64,000 bases of DNA from the human T2T-CHM13v2.0 reference genome, Homo sapiens. Location: the NCBI RefSeq assembly GCF_009914755.1, contig NC_060932.1, one strand, 5' to 3'. The position numbers were made by a program, and so were the translations under genes. Shown piece by piece: positions 1 to 14,382 of the stretch (positions are counted from its first letter, which is position 1; each line of letters begins with the position of its first letter). Below the pieces are notes generated by a model. That model saw nothing but the letters and a program-made list of their open reading frames with translations. It ran no database searches and was not told the origin of the DNA.

Positions 1-126
1 TTGTCTGGAATATCTTTTTCTAGTTTTTACTTTCAACCATCTTGAGTATTTAGATGTGTCATATTTCTGTCTAGAGAGCTCAGGGGATTTACCAAAGTGG
101 TGATTGAAGAAAGAATAGTTTTCACA

Positions 127-507
127 TGATATGGTGGTTTGGCTGTGTCCCCACCCAAATCTCATCTTGAATTGTAGTTTCCATAATCCCCATGTGTGGT
201 GGAAAGGACCCAGTGCAGGGTAACTGAATCATGAGGGCTGTTTCCCCCATGCTATTCTTGTGATAGTGAGTGAGTTCCCACAAGATCTGATGGTTTTATA
301 AGGGGCTTCTCTCTTTGCTCGGCACCCATTCTTCTGTTTCCTGCTGCCATGTGAAGAAGGATGTGTTTGCTTTTCCTTCCGCCTTGAATGTAAATTTCCT
401 GAGGCCTCCTTTGCCCTGCAGAACTGTGAGTCAATTAAACCTCTTTTCTTTATAAACTGTCCAGTCTCAGGCAGTTCTTCATAGCAGCATGATAATGGAC
501 TAATATA
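127..507 (+). mobile_element. THE1 (THE1C/D-like) ERVL-MaLR solo LTR
   Basis: Starts TGATATGG..TTTGGCTGTGTCCCCACCCAAATCTCATCTTGAATTGTAG, contains AGATCTGATGGTTTTATAAGGGG and GAACTGTGAGTCAATTAAAC, ends GGACTAATATA; ~380 bp. Confidence 0.9.
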
Positions 508-611
508 CCAGAGAAAACACTAATTCCTAATTTTGAAATGTTATATTTTGAACATATGAATCTTTGACTGTTAGTGCTATAGCCTGTGAAGTTTAAATTT
601 CTTGTTGTATC

Positions 612-735
612 AATAAATAAAATGGAACTCAGAGAGGTAAATTATTAGATCAAGGTTACATGACTACTAGCTGTGGCTAAAGGCTGGACTTATACAAGGT
701 CTTCTGGCTTTCAGTTCAGTGCTATTTCCATTACC
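612..735 (-). mobile_element. MIR SINE fragment
   Basis: Degenerate MIR core: GGAACTCAGAGAGGTAAATT..CAAGGTTACATGACTA..GGTCTTCTGGCTTTCAGTTCAGTGCTATTTCC. Confidence 0.55.
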
Positions 736-1284
736 CTGTGATGTTTTAACTATTGCATACCTTCAAAGAATGCATCACAACATCAAATGGAGTCTAAATG
801 GGGTAAACATGTTGACCTTATATAGTTCTATATATAATTTATGTCCTAAAGAGGCCCATTTAACATGCTACAGAGAAGCAGGCTACTTTAATCACTTTTG
901 AAGATTGTAGTCAAGCAACAAGAAACATACATATATTAATTTCATCTAACTAAGCTAACTTAGTGAAGTGAAGGTTGCTTTCTACTCATTTGATCCTTCC
1001 CTCTTTAGTAACTAACGTGATATAGTATCTGTAGGAGTTTCCTTACTTCATATCTATAGAGAAGCATGGATGTAGTGTGTAAGACCTAATGAGTACATTT
1101 CTACAAGGCCTTTCATTTTCTTCAACCTGAGAATTGGTTCCACTCTTTAGATAAGTAGTTTTGTTCAAAATGATACTATATATTCTTTCACCAACCCCCT
1201 GAACCACATTTTACTCAATATAGTTCTGACTTGGCTTAAGATTTTATATCTCCTTAATCTCTATGGAACAGTTTATAGCTGCCT

Positions 1285-1780
1285 ATTCAAATGGGTTCTT
1301 TTGCTTGAGAGTATCAAAAAAATTCACAGCCAATTTGAACTAAATATTAATTATTGTCTCATGAAACTTAGAACTCCAGGAAGGAAGCCAACTTCAGGTG
1401 TAGCTCATCCTGGAAATCAGACATTATTATTAGGGTACTCGCTCACTGTTCTACTTGTCCCTATTTGACCTCATTCTGCAGGTGAACTCTCACAATGTGC
1501 CAGTCAAGATGGCTTCTCTCAGCCCAGACACATATTTTTTGGAGTCCCTGTCAGCTCCAGTGAAAAGCTATAGAAAATACTCTAATTGGCTTTAGCAGAA
1601 TCATGTGACCATATTGGAAATGGCCGGCCTTGGGTAATATTCTCTACCTCTTGTGTGTAGACGAAGGTATGGTAGTTTGAATGAAAGCCTGTTGGGATTA
1701 TAAGGACCAGAGACCTTATTCTCCAAAGGAGAAACAGGGTGCTTTAAAAGCAAAGAAGGGGAATCAAGGAACATATTGCT
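1285..1780 (-). mobile_element. Ancient MLT1-type MaLR LTR (degraded)
   Basis: Weak resemblance to old MLT1 LTRs (CAAGATGGC.., TACTCTAATTGGC..TCATGTGACC); boundaries approximate. Confidence 0.3.
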
Positions 1781-2059
1781 ATGACTAAAATCATAGCTTT
1801 CATAGTCCATCTATAAGGTCAAAATTACTGTTCTGGAAATCATTTGTCTTATTGTAGTGCAGCTCATATATCATATATTCTATACATGCACAAAGAATAA
1901 TGTTAAAAATGTCATTTGGAAGGAAGCATGCTTAGAAAACCTATATATTCTTTGACTTACAAGATGTTTTAGTATTTCATTTAAATATAAAAAATCTTAG
2001 TCTCCATAGGTGCTCTTAAACATTTCTGATGAAAATATAAATTGATATAACATTTATAG

Positions 2060-2620
<561 letters not shown>

Positions 2621-2621
2621 G

Positions 2622-2672
2622 TTTTGAATCTAGTTTCTTTTTTCTCAGAAAAAAAAGAAACTGGATTCAAAA
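2622..2672. repeat. 51-bp quasi-palindrome (inverted repeat)
   Basis: TTTTGAATCTAGTTTCTTTTTT ... AAAAAAGAAACTGGATTCAAAA; 22-bp arms with one mismatch. Confidence 0.9.
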
Positions 2673-4721
2673 GCATATACTTATAATAGTTCGTATTTCA
2701 TGTTTGTAAATGGTTATATTTATACAGTTACACAAAAGTATAATGCTTTTCTGGGGAAGGAGGTTATATGTGGTTCTGCATTATGTTTATATTGCTCTAA
2801 TCTAAATTGATGATCTGTTGTTATAAAATTTTTAGAAAAGTCTTAGTCTACTGAAAAGTATATCCTTAACTTTAGTGATTGTATTCGTCATGATCAATTA
2901 AGAGTTCTAGGTGCCTTGCCAATAGCTGTGCTGCTATGACAATATAATTCCTTCCCATAGAGCTCAGTGCAAAGTGGAGCTGCTTAGAGAAGCTCTATCA
3001 CCTCTGAGTACTTCAGTGTGTTTGTCAACAAGCACAGTGTTAAGCTGCTTTGATACCCGGAAGGAGAGGGTAGAATCAAAGTGACTAAAAAAGGAGTCTG
3101 CCTTTATTATTCCCAAAGGGTACTAAAAGATATAAGCTTCTTGAGGGCAGGGTTGGTGTCTGCTGTGCCCATCAGATTATCTGTTGCATAGGGGATGTTC
3201 ACTAAGTAGGCATCAAATGCATCATTTTCTCACTCACAGAAAGTAACAACTCAAGTAACAATACCAGATAGCTGTGAAAACATCTCCTCACTCACTACCT
3301 CTTTCTTTGAAATATTTAAATGTTGGCACCTCTGAAGAGATGCTTGTCAGTTGGCATTTATGGAGACAAGTGTCATGCAATATGAGGTCTACAGCTTCTC
3401 CAGGTGACTCTCACCCTTTCTGACAGGATATGCTATGAGAAGATTGTCATTCAAACAGCCCAGAAACAAGAACTGAACAGCACTAACATCAAACAAAAGC
3501 AGCCCCTGGATTTTCTGACAAACCAGAAATAATTTTCCAGATGCAGGCAGCATACTCAAGTTGGCATTTGTAAGTTCTGACATTTAGCAATAAATATTGG
3601 GAGGGAACCATGTCTGCAGTCTTGGGGGTGGCTGAACCTTAGTTATTTGATTTATAGTGTTCCAAATCAGAACAGAAATCCCTTCCTTGCTTCAAGTACA
3701 TGCTGTATTCTTGGCAATATATATAGACCAAATGGAGCTTACCTAAACCTGCTTTCCATTGACTTCTACCCTCATATTTTCTTCTATGAAGCAATTGAAA
3801 ATGACTAAAGGCAGCAAATAAAACCTGTGGCCAGGACATAGCTCTGCAGTTGTTTGGCAAAGGTTAGGCACACTGAGTGAGTAACAAAAGGAAAACAACC
3901 TAGGAATCCACAGATCAAAAAACTTAAATACATTTGTTACAGCAAGTACCCAAATACCTACTAAAGAAATTACTGTGCAGGGGTGCATGCCATAGGGATA
4001 TTTTGTGTATATGACAAATAAGGAAAATGTTCCTAAATCCTTCTTGGACTAAAGCCCGATACCCATTCTCTGTATTTAACAGATTCTCAGAAGGCATGGC
4101 AGAGTTGAGCTGTCTCAGCCATTGTGTGCCAGGGAAGCATCACCTAGAGGTTTGGAGCAAAATTGAGAGTAGGATCATTTGAAATCAACAGGGTACAAAG
4201 TAAGCAGAGTAGCATAGCTCCCAGCGGCACACTACTCGCTGCATGACCCACATTTAAACAGCAGCTTCCTGCTGAAGTCAGGCCATAAAGGGATGCCTGA
4301 AGGAATCCTGAACAGGACAGGGAGGAAAGGTGGGAAAGAGATGAATACACAGTGTCTGGAGTTAATAAACTTCATTTCCTCCTAAGGCTCATGGCCATGG
4401 GGTAGAAAGAAGAAGGCTGAAGGCAAAGGTAGGTGTTCCTGGGCAGGTAAGAATCATGGGTGAGGGGGAATGCATCATGCTTCTCCTGTAGGAATGCTGA
4501 TTCCTGAAGGGAACTCCTGAGGACATCTGATGAACACTGGAGTCCTTGTGGCATTGTTCATGCAGGGGATGCTAACACGATGACAGACAAGCAGGCAGAA
4601 TGGGGAAAAGTGAGCCAGTAAGTATGCTCACCAGTGTTAACGAGTTGTTTTTGCTTTGCTTTGAAACTCAATCACCTTTGAAAGGATCCCACCTTCAAAA
4701 AGCTGAGTAGTTTCTTTACAG

Positions 4722-4910
4722 CAGTGGTTCTCAAACTTATCTGTCCATGACAATCACCTGGAAGGCTTAGTAAAGCACAAACTTCCAGGGCTCTGTATTT
4801 AAAGTTTCTGATTAAATATTTCTGGGGTAGGACTTGAAAATTTGCATTTCTATTAGGTTCAAAGGTGATGCTGATGGTGCTGGTTTGCGCAATGAAACTG
4901 AAAACCACTG
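4722..4910. mobile_element. MER5A (hAT-Charlie) non-autonomous DNA transposon
   Basis: Terminal inverted repeats CAGTGGTTCTCAAA / TGAAAACCACTG; internal AATCACCTGG, TTTGCATTTCTA, GGTGATGCTGATG; 189 bp. Confidence 0.85.
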
Positions 4911-5633
4911 CTTCTAGCACACAGGGATCTGGGGTGTGTTTATAAATAACTTTGATTCAGTAAAGATCTTTCTGTCTCAGCTTCCTAAAGTATCAATTTC
5001 ATTAAAATACTAATAGAAAAAAATAAGTAGAAAGTAAGCATATTAATGTTTAGTAATTCCTTGGAGTATGACAACTGGCAGCTTTGCCTGTCACATATTT
5101 TGTTCTTTGGTTTCATTTGCCCATGGGGAATATGAACTTAGATATTCTGCTTGTCTCCCCTTTCTGTTGTAACCATCTCCCTACTCCTAACTGAAATAGC
5201 AGCACCAGGTTTTAGAAGCCTATGGCTGTTATGTCAAGACCCCAACCCTCCCTGTAGCACCAATGCTATGCCACTGGGGCAGCAAGGCAAATTCAAAGCG
5301 AACGACTGGCAAAGATGATACATTTCTCTGGAGACTCTAATGCATTTTTTGCACAACCAGCTTAATTAAGAATCCGTGGCAATATATTAACCACAAGTTT
5401 ATGGATCTCAATATGCCAATCAAACATAATGAGATAAATGCAAATGTCAAAGCACAGACTCTTTGCCTAGGAATATCAGAAGGCTTAAAGCTGTACCCTC
5501 AGTCAGTTGTCAGAAAGCAATGGGAATGGCTGGGCCTGAGGAGGGCAGGGTTTGCCCACTGCAATTTAAAAATCCATGGCATGACCTCCAGGACTGAGCT
5601 CTCACATATCCAGGGTATGAAAATAAGACTAAA

Positions 5634-5950
5634 GGCCAGGTGCTGTGGCTCACGCCTATAATCTCAGCACTTTGGGAGGCTGAGGTGGGCAGATCGCCAG
5701 AGGTCAGGAGTTCTAGACCAGCCTGGCCAACATGGTGAAACCTCGTCTCTACTAAAAATTCAAAAATTAGCTGGGCATGGTGGCGGGTGCCTGTAATCCC
5801 AGCTACTTGGGAGGCTGAGGCAGGAGAATCGCTTGAACCCAGAAGGTGGAGGTTGCGCCATTGGACTTGAGCCTGGGTGACAAGAGTGACTCCGTCTCAA
5901 AAAAAAAAAAAAAAAAAAAGAAAGAAAGAAAGAAAGGAAAAGAGGAAAAG
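5634..5950 (+). mobile_element. AluS (Sq/Sp-like) with short right-arm deletion and A/(AAAG)n tail
   Basis: Alu dimer; GTTGCGCCATT lacks the consensus AGTGAGCCGAGATC segment; TSD AAGACTAAA/AAGGCTAAA. Confidence 0.96.
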
Positions 5951-6339
5951 AAGGCTAAAAATGGTTAGTTTACAGCCTCACATTAAGATGATGATGATGA
6001 TAAATCTCAAGACGCTCACCTACTTCTGAAGAATGAAGAATAGGGCTAGAAGTCAGGAGCCAAAATCCACATTTGCATCCCAGGTCTGTCACTATAAGAC
6101 AAGCCAAATGACATCCCTTTGAACATCTAGTGAAGTAGGAAGGCTGATAACTGCTTGTTTTATAATAATGCATATCAGTAAAGAAAGTAATGGATTTAAT
6201 TATATTATTTTATCTTCTGAATGACTAGGTTAAAAAATGGTTAAAATAGAGGACTGTCATCTGTTTGGTGTATCTGGCTCAGGGCCAGATTTGATGAACT
6301 TATAACGGTTGAACAACCTGCAACATAAAGCTGGCTAAC

Positions 6340-7090
6340 AGATGGTTGTTAACTTGAAACGTGTGTTCTGGTGGCTGAAGGGCTCGGCCTTGCTAGGATT
6401 GGTGTTGTTCGCTATTTTTATTCAATAACAAATTGAAAGCATAGTTATCAAATTTATGAGTGACACAAATTTGGAGGAGACAGCTAATATCTTCTGTGAA
6501 TAAATTAACAGTGAAATATATTTTCTTTTCAACTTGGTAATAAAGTGACTTTAATAAAACATACTTTAACAGAGAAAAATATAAGGTCCTTCACCAAGAC
6601 AAAAAATGACCCAGAAAGCAAATCCTACCAATAGGATAGGTGACTTAAACGTTATATGCATGGAAAAGACTTGCTTTTAATATTAAGCGTTTATGAGATT
6701 TAGCTTCTAAGAAAGTCAGTGTGATTTTTTGTTGCCTTTAATGAATTATACAGAATGACTGAAGTGATAGTTTGCTGTAAATTAGCCAGATTATATCCTG
6801 AGCATCATCCACATTTCTGGACAACATTTTTTGAGTACAGAGAAAAGCAACCAGGTGGGGGAAGGGAAAGATTTCACATGAAGCATGGTTGAATGAACAG
6901 AAATATTTTAGCCCTTATACATGAAAACTAAAAGGACAATTAGAGCTCTGATTTAAATTACTTAAAACTATAGTCATGGTGAAGAGAAACTATTATTTAT
7001 TTTTGTATGTAGAACCCTGGAGAATATAATTAGAACCAGAACTTAGGGAGGCAAATTTTAGGTCAGCATAAGAAAGAAATTCTTTCTTTT
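6340..7090 (+). mobile_element. L3/CR1 LINE ORF2 (RT) fossil, 5' piece
   Basis: Degraded CR1 RT motifs in the right order: IKF(AD)DTKLGG-like at 6447-6477, FNRxKxKVLH, EKDL, LxRxxLExxxxFW, and FRxxIRKxF at 7050-7083. Confidence 0.7.
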
Positions 7091-7442
7091 AAAAAATGCT
7101 TACCAAAATGATACATTGGTTACAGAGGCAAAAAATGCTGCCAAACATGTAATTAAAAACTACGGTTATCTTCTCCCTCTCCACCCTAATCCTTGCTCCC
7201 CGCAGGCAACCTCTAGGGAGTTATTTTACGTACTTTCCTGGTACTCCCTCTATTTTCCAAATGTCATGCATATTCTAGTTTAAAAAATTAAATCTAATGA
7301 CTTCTATAGAAAATGAGATTTTGGTTCTCTATTATTCTCCCTTCTCCTTCTCCATTCTCCCAATTTAGTTAAATAACTGTTTCTGCTTAAATCAATAACC
7401 AGGATGTACTTTATGTAAATAGTTTATGATTGAGACATATAA

Positions 7443-7764
<322 letters not shown>

Positions 7765-8308
7765 GACTATATTTTCTTATAGAATGATTTGTCTTCCTTA
7801 GAATTAATAACAGTTTTTTGTTTGTTTTTTCCCTTATGTAATTTGTGTTATTTCATCCCCAAACTCTCTAGGAGAGCTGCATAACTTAAATCAATACAAT
7901 AAAATGCACTGGTCCATCTCTTAGCACTATTTTTTCCCAGCAAAATTCTCTCTGAAGTCCTCAGCTCAGTGGCTTCCATCCTGATGTAGCTGTGGTCCGT
8001 CTGATTCCCTTTACTTCCGTTTTGACTTTTACAGTATCCTCTTTCTTGTTTTATTCCTCCATTTGGTGGAACATTTTTTCTGCAGTAGTTTCTTCAGAAT
8101 AAATGTATGAGAACTAAATTTTTCAAATGGGCATCTATTCCTCTTTAAGTTTGATTGATAATATTCCTGGGCTTAGAATTCTAGATTTGAAATTACATTA
8201 CTTCTAAATTTTGAAGACATTGATTTATGCTATTGTTTTCCAGCTTTCAGGATCTTTGTTAAGAACCCGAAGCCCTTACATGCATGCTGCTTTTTTACCC
8301 ACTTCTGA

Positions 8309-8751
<443 letters not shown>

Positions 8752-9212
8752 CTTTCATCTTCTTTATTAATTTTTTTGAAAGCAAATTTTGCCCTTCTGT
8801 TTTGTTTTTTTGTTCTCTTTCTAGAATTCCTATTAGTCAAATGTTGTACTTTCTCAATCTTCTAATTTTCTCATATTGTTTTTCATATTCTCTTTCTTTT
8901 CATTTTGTTCTATGTTTTGGAGAGTGCCACAAATGTGTCTTTTAATCAGTCTATCAGAGTTTTCATTTTCATTACTGTAGTTTGAATTCCAAGGGCCTCT
9001 TTTTTGTCTTCTGAAAGTTCTGTTCTTATAACATCCTGCTTTTTATTTTATGAATACAGAATTTTTACCTCTTTAAACAATTAATGTTAATATTCTCTAC
9101 ACTATGTGTCTCTTTCAAGTTCCTTTATTCTCCATGCATTGATTTGGACTGTCTTTCATGTTAGAGAGTTTTTTATTAAAAATGCTGGAATATCCTTTCA
9201 TATTCTTGAGTG

Positions 9213-9620
9213 AGTGTGTTAGATTTGGTTTTCTGGGAAATAGAGTTTGTGCAGCAAGTTTACTGGGAATTCCCTTGAAATCAACACCTAAGGGGGAAAG
9301 TGTTGAGAAACTGAATTGGAATATGGTTGCAACCAGTTCACAGACAATCACATGGAAAGCACTGGGGTTTGGATGTCTCCTCACAGAGGTACAAATTAAG
9401 CAAGTGGGCTAGACTTATTTATCCCATACCTATAAGTCATTAGATTTCGGCTGTTTCCAGGGAAGAGGTGTGATCTTATGAGAGCCATCTCTCTTCACCT
9501 GCAAGCGATTCTCTAAGAGGGAATCAGCTATAATCCATAAGCCACTAACACTCACACAGTTGACAGTAACACCTCAGTCCTGAAGAGGACTCAGGGTGAT
9601 ACACTACAGTATCTTCTATA
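9213..9620 (-). mobile_element. LTR33-type ERVL solo LTR
   Basis: GCAAGTTTACTGGG..ATCAACACCT..AGTCATTAGAT..GGAAGAGGTGTGATCTT..CAGTCCTGAAGAGG..ACAGTATCTTCTATA follows the recalled LTR33 antisense layout. Confidence 0.65.
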
Positions 9621-10304
9621 GCAAGGCACTAAAATGCTATCATGCAGATGAGGTTAAGCAAATGGTAGATCTCACTACAAAGTTATTTCAGGAGAGGGAA
9701 TACTATGAGACAGCCTCAAATGTCAGTATCAGAGGTATTTCTCTTGGGCTGGTAAATTTCCACAGATGAAATTGGGGAAGGAGGTAGATAGTGGCCAGTG
9801 TACTAGAAGGCCATTCAAGGAGCTCAGTATTCACTGTACAGACCTTGGCTTAGTCCCCTTGTTTTCCAAAGGTGCTTCACCTCCACCATCCACTGTTTCT
9901 TGTGTCTGAGTGTCCACAATCTTCACGACTTAATATCTTTAGAAAGTAAACCAATGCGCTTCTGCCTGGGTGGGAAGAACAGCTTCCTGGCTTCGTGGGG
10001 TGAGGGAGGGAATCTGTGTGTCAGACTCTTCTTAATAAATAATTCTCCTTAATAAATTCTCCCATATTCAGACTGACATTACAGATGTACCTGAGCTTTT
10101 CCATGGTTAGTATTTCCCCTGGCAGGCTTAAATTTCAAGTTTCTCTATTCCTCCAAATCAGCTTCCAAAGTTTCATTGAGATTCTTGGTAGATGTTTAGC
10201 AATTTTTACTCATTTTACCTGGATTTTGGAAATGAAGAGAGGAGATAAATGAATTGTTCAATCTTCCATGTTTGACTTTAAGTTCCAGTAATTACCTTCT
10301 AAAA

Positions 10305-10400
10305 AGCAAAATGCGCTGTCTGCGCTATCTCAAGAGGTGATGAATTCTCAATCACTGGAGGTGTTCGAGCAGAGAACAAACGATCACTCAAGACGTATGT
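10305..10400 (+). mobile_element. L3/CR1 ORF2 C-terminal piece
   Basis: 10334-10375 encodes EVMNSQSLEVFEQR, matching the CR1 terminal motif EVVxSPSLEVFKxR. Confidence 0.65.
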
Positions 10401-10659
10401 TGACAAGATTCCTGTGTCACATTGGAATTAGGAGCTAATTTTATCCAATCTTGAGTGTCAATGGTTCCATATGTTGTAGGAGAAAGGGCTTTATGTCCAT
10501 GAGAGAAAAATGTTCCATGGAGGTCAGAACAGAAGTCCATGTAGTACAACTTCCTCATTTTGTAGATGGGCTTAATACTCAAGGTCTTTTTTGACTTAGC
10601 TTCCATTTACTACTTTCGTTCCAAACTCACGACATTACCCCAACATACCCTTGGATTCA

Positions 10660-11008
10660 GCTATACAGAATTTCTGGCAGTTTCCCAAATGTGTGATGGT
10701 ATTTCATGCCTCCTTGTGTTTCCACATGCTGCTCACACCTAGAGAGCTCTTTTCCTTTTTTTGTCAAAACTACTCCTACTTGTCCTTCAAAAACTTAACC
10801 CAAGCATATCATCCTACACAAAAACTTCCCTCAGTGCCTGCTCCATCTCTTATTTAGTTGCTTCATTTCCATGTGTTCTCCACTACAATGTAAGTGCCTT
10901 GAATAGAGGAAATATTCATATGCACTTCTAGGGCTAGCACAGAACTTAGTGAATAATAACAGCTCAATAAATCATGGTCGAATGAATGCATGAGTGATGA
11001 ATGAATAA
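10660..11008 (+). mobile_element. L2 LINE 3' end
   Basis: ATGTAAGTGCCTTGAATAGAGG..CTAGCACAGAAC..GCTCAATAAAT..GAATGAATG terminal repeats. Confidence 0.65.
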
Positions 11009-11146
11009 GAAAATTGAGTCTGAGAAATTTTAAGTGACTTAACCAACGATAGAGTTGATCATTGACAGAGTTAGTTGGAAACATAAGAAGGGCTTTCAAA
11101 TTTCCTCTAACATGTCCCTTTAACCACAAAACCTCACATAATTTTC

Positions 11147-12093
11147 ATTTTCTTTTTTTTTAAATTATACTTTAAGTTCTGGGATACATGTGCAGAACGT
11201 GCAGTTTTGCTACATAGGTATACATGTGACATGGTGGTTTGCTGCACCCATCATCCCGTCATCTACATTAGGCATTTCTCCTAATGTTATCCCTCTCCTA
11301 GGCTCCCAACACCCGACAGGCCCCAGTGTGTGATGTTCCCCTCCCTATATCCATGTGTTTTCATTGTTCAACTCCCACTTCTGAGAGAGAACATGTGATG
11401 TTTGGCTTTCTCTTCTTGTGATAGTTTGCTGAGAATGAGGGTTTCCAGCTTCATCCATGTCCCTGCAAAGGACATGAACTCATCCTTTTTCATGGCTGCA
11501 TAGTATTCCATGGTGTATATGTGCCACATTTTCTTTATCCAGTCTATTACTGATGGACATTTGGGTTGGTTCTAAGTCTTTGCTATTGTGGATACTGCTT
11601 CAATAAACACACATGTGCATGTGTCTTTATAGTAGAATGATTTATAATCCTTTGGGTATATACCCAGTAATGGGATTGCCAGGCCAAATGGTATTTCTAG
11701 TTCTAGATCCTTGAGGAATCGCCACACAGTCTTCCACAATGGTTGAACTAATTTACAATCCCACCAACAGCATAAAAGCATTCCTATTTCTCCACATCCT
11801 CTCCAGCATCTGTTGTTTCCTGACTTTTTAATGGTCTTCATTCTAACTGGTGTGAGATGGTATCTCATTGTGGTTTTGATTTGCACATCTTTAATGACCA
11901 GTGATGATGAGCATTTTTTCATATGTCTGTTGGCTGCATAAATATCTTCTGAGAAATATCTGTTCATATCCTTTGCTCACTTTTTGATGGGGTTGTTTTG
12001 ATGTTCTTGTACATTTGTTTAAGTTCTTTGTAGATTCTGGATATTAGCCCTTTGTCAGGTGGATAGATTGCAAACATTTTCTCCCATTCTGTA
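11147..12093 (-). mobile_element. 5'-truncated primate L1PA (L1PA6/7-like), ~950 bp
   Basis: L1 3' UTR (TTATACTTTAAGTTCTGGGATACATGTGCAGAACGTGCAG) and ORF2 C-terminus ([23 protein letters not shown]); perfect 19-bp TSD AAAACCTCACATAATTTTC at 11128-11146 and 12094-12112. Confidence 0.97.
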
Positions 12094-13159
12094 AAAACCT
12101 CACATAATTTTCTACCCACATATTCAGGTATGAGATGACCTGTCTCTTTTCTTCCTCCTTTTCCTTTTTTTCTCTGTTTTAATCTACTTCGTTCAAAATG
12201 TATTAACTATCCTCTTTTTGGTAAGTTTGGAAAATACAAACACAAATTTCATTTCTCTGGCTCTAACTCCATTTCTCTGTTACAGATCTCTAGTCTTTCT
12301 CAAAGCTGTATCTATTATTTCTAGAGTGTCTCACATTTACTCAAGATTAAGTCCTTTTCATCACTACTTTTTATCTCCCATTTATGTCATCTCATCTCTT
12401 CCCTCCTTCAGGAAGACTCCATGCTTTGGCCTCTCTTGCCTTTAAAGCCATTCTGTCACTTGTTACTGTCCTGATGATAAGGGTTTGCATGAGAATCTTG
12501 ATGTCTGTGACAAGCCTGTCGTTCCTTATTGTTTCTCCTTGCTTTTTGTTATATATCATCATATTTGTTCTAAAATAAAGATTTCTTTGAACCCCATTAT
12601 CTTGTGGAGTTTTAAAATATGACTAATCATGCACCCTCCTTCTCAGGATTCACATAAGTCATATAAGTCTATACGAGTTGAACTAGGGGCAAACTCAAGT
12701 GGCAGAGACCTACCCGCCTCAGGCTTTGTTACTGGGCAAATTTGTCTGTGAAATTTTCTTTTTCTCTTAGGATGGGTTATTTCCTAAGAAACTTTTCAAT
12801 CCCTTACACAAATAAGCTCAAGCTGGGCCTGTTCTTCCAGTCGGCTAGAAATACCCAACCATGTTTGAATCCCAGCAGTGAACATAATTTAGACTCAAGC
12901 TGTGATCATATCTATATAAGAAGAAAAAATGAATTACATATTCCAGTTGAGTATATGTATTCATAAATGGATAAGCAAGACAAATTGATCAGGGGCCATG
13001 GAATAAGCAAATGCTCTGATAATCTGTTCTGAGTTATTCATAATTTAGGAGTCAAACTTAGATCAACTTTCCCCCCTACACCCCTTAAGAGTATTTGGAT
13101 GAGTAGGTCAAAAGTGCTGTTTGTTTTCGTGTTATTTTATTATAAATAACACGATACTA

Positions 13160-13408
13160 AGAGCTAACATTTATATGATCTTGCCTTGTGCCAGACAGTG
13201 CTCTAAGGGCTTTACATGCATTAATACATTTAATCCTCATAATAAAATCACATGAGGTAAGAGAAAATTTTGACCCCATTTTATAAATGATGAAACTGAC
13301 TTACAGAGAAATTAAATCACTTGTCCAAGATCAGTTAGTGAGTGACTGAGCCAGGATTTGAACCACATTTTGAACTGACTCTAGACCCCAAGCTCTCAAC
13401 TGCTGTGT
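13160..13408 (-). mobile_element. MIR SINE, near full length
   Basis: GCTAACATTTAT..TGTGCCAGACAGTGCTCTAAG..TTTAATCCTCA..CCCCATTTTATAAATGATGAAACTGA..GAGCCAGGATTTGAACC. Confidence 0.85.
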
Positions 13409-13544
13409 GGTTCTGACCTTTCTTACTAATATAAAACAATGCCCTCCAAGAAACTGACACAGCAATAAAGTTCACAATAGTAACACAGAGAGGAAGTAAC
13501 ACAACCATATCTAAAACAAATAAGTGATATTTTTTAGTCACTCT

Positions 13545-13700
13545 GCTAAAATGCTTTACCCATGTTTTTCAACTAATACAACAACTCTATTTCAATTCTG
13601 TCCCTGAGATGAAACTAAGTCACTTGTCCTGTTTTACCCAGCTGGTGAAACCAGGATTCTAGCTCAGATCTGTGAGAATCCAAACCTAAGATCAGAACTG
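13545..13700 (-). mobile_element. MIR fragment
   Basis: TGCTAAAATGCTTTACC..ACTAAGTCACTTGTCC..CCAGGATTCTAGCTCAGATCTG. Confidence 0.5.
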
Positions 13701-14243
13701 CTTCTCAAGACTGCCTTCCATGTAATCTAGGAGAGACCCTTGGCTTTATTTGATTTAGCATTTGCAGTTCACATTAATTTCACATAATCCACATTCCAGG
13801 ATATATAGTACAATTAGTAATCTTAGAGCATTAATACTGGCTGCTGTGCAGGCTCCAGGCCGGCCCACCATTCAGCACTGCAATTTATGGCCACTTTGTG
13901 AGTCACTATTCATATTTGTATATAATTTAACTTAAAAAATAATACACTATACAGGTATTTGAAAATTTGAAATTCATGAGGATCTGGGGCAAGTCTTGAA
14001 CATTATAAAATGAAGTTGTACTTTCCTCCATGATGTCTGACCCCACAGGTTTATAAACACCTATGTATAAACCTATCTATGTTTACTTCTGTGTACAGCA
14101 TATGGCTTGCTACATTCAGGTTGCATTGTTTAAATGGCTAGAATGGTAAAAAGACTGAAATCCTGTAATCAGTTTTTGCTTCATTTTGTTTTGCTTTTTT
14201 CTATATTTAATGCTCTGGACATTCACTGAAAAATCTCAATTAA

Positions 14244-14382
14244 ATTTTTTTTATAGATTTAGGGGGTAAAAATGCAGTTTTGGTACATGGATATATTGTG
14301 TAGTGCAGAAATCTGGGCTTTTAGTGTAACCATCACCCAAATAGTGTGCATTGTACTCATGAGGTAATTTCTCATCCATCAC
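14244..14382 (-). mobile_element. Very short L1PB-type 3' end
   Basis: Poly-T then ATAGATTTAGGGGGTA..TACATGGATATATTGTGTAGTG..CTTTTAGTGTAACCATCACCCAAATAGTG. Confidence 0.75.
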
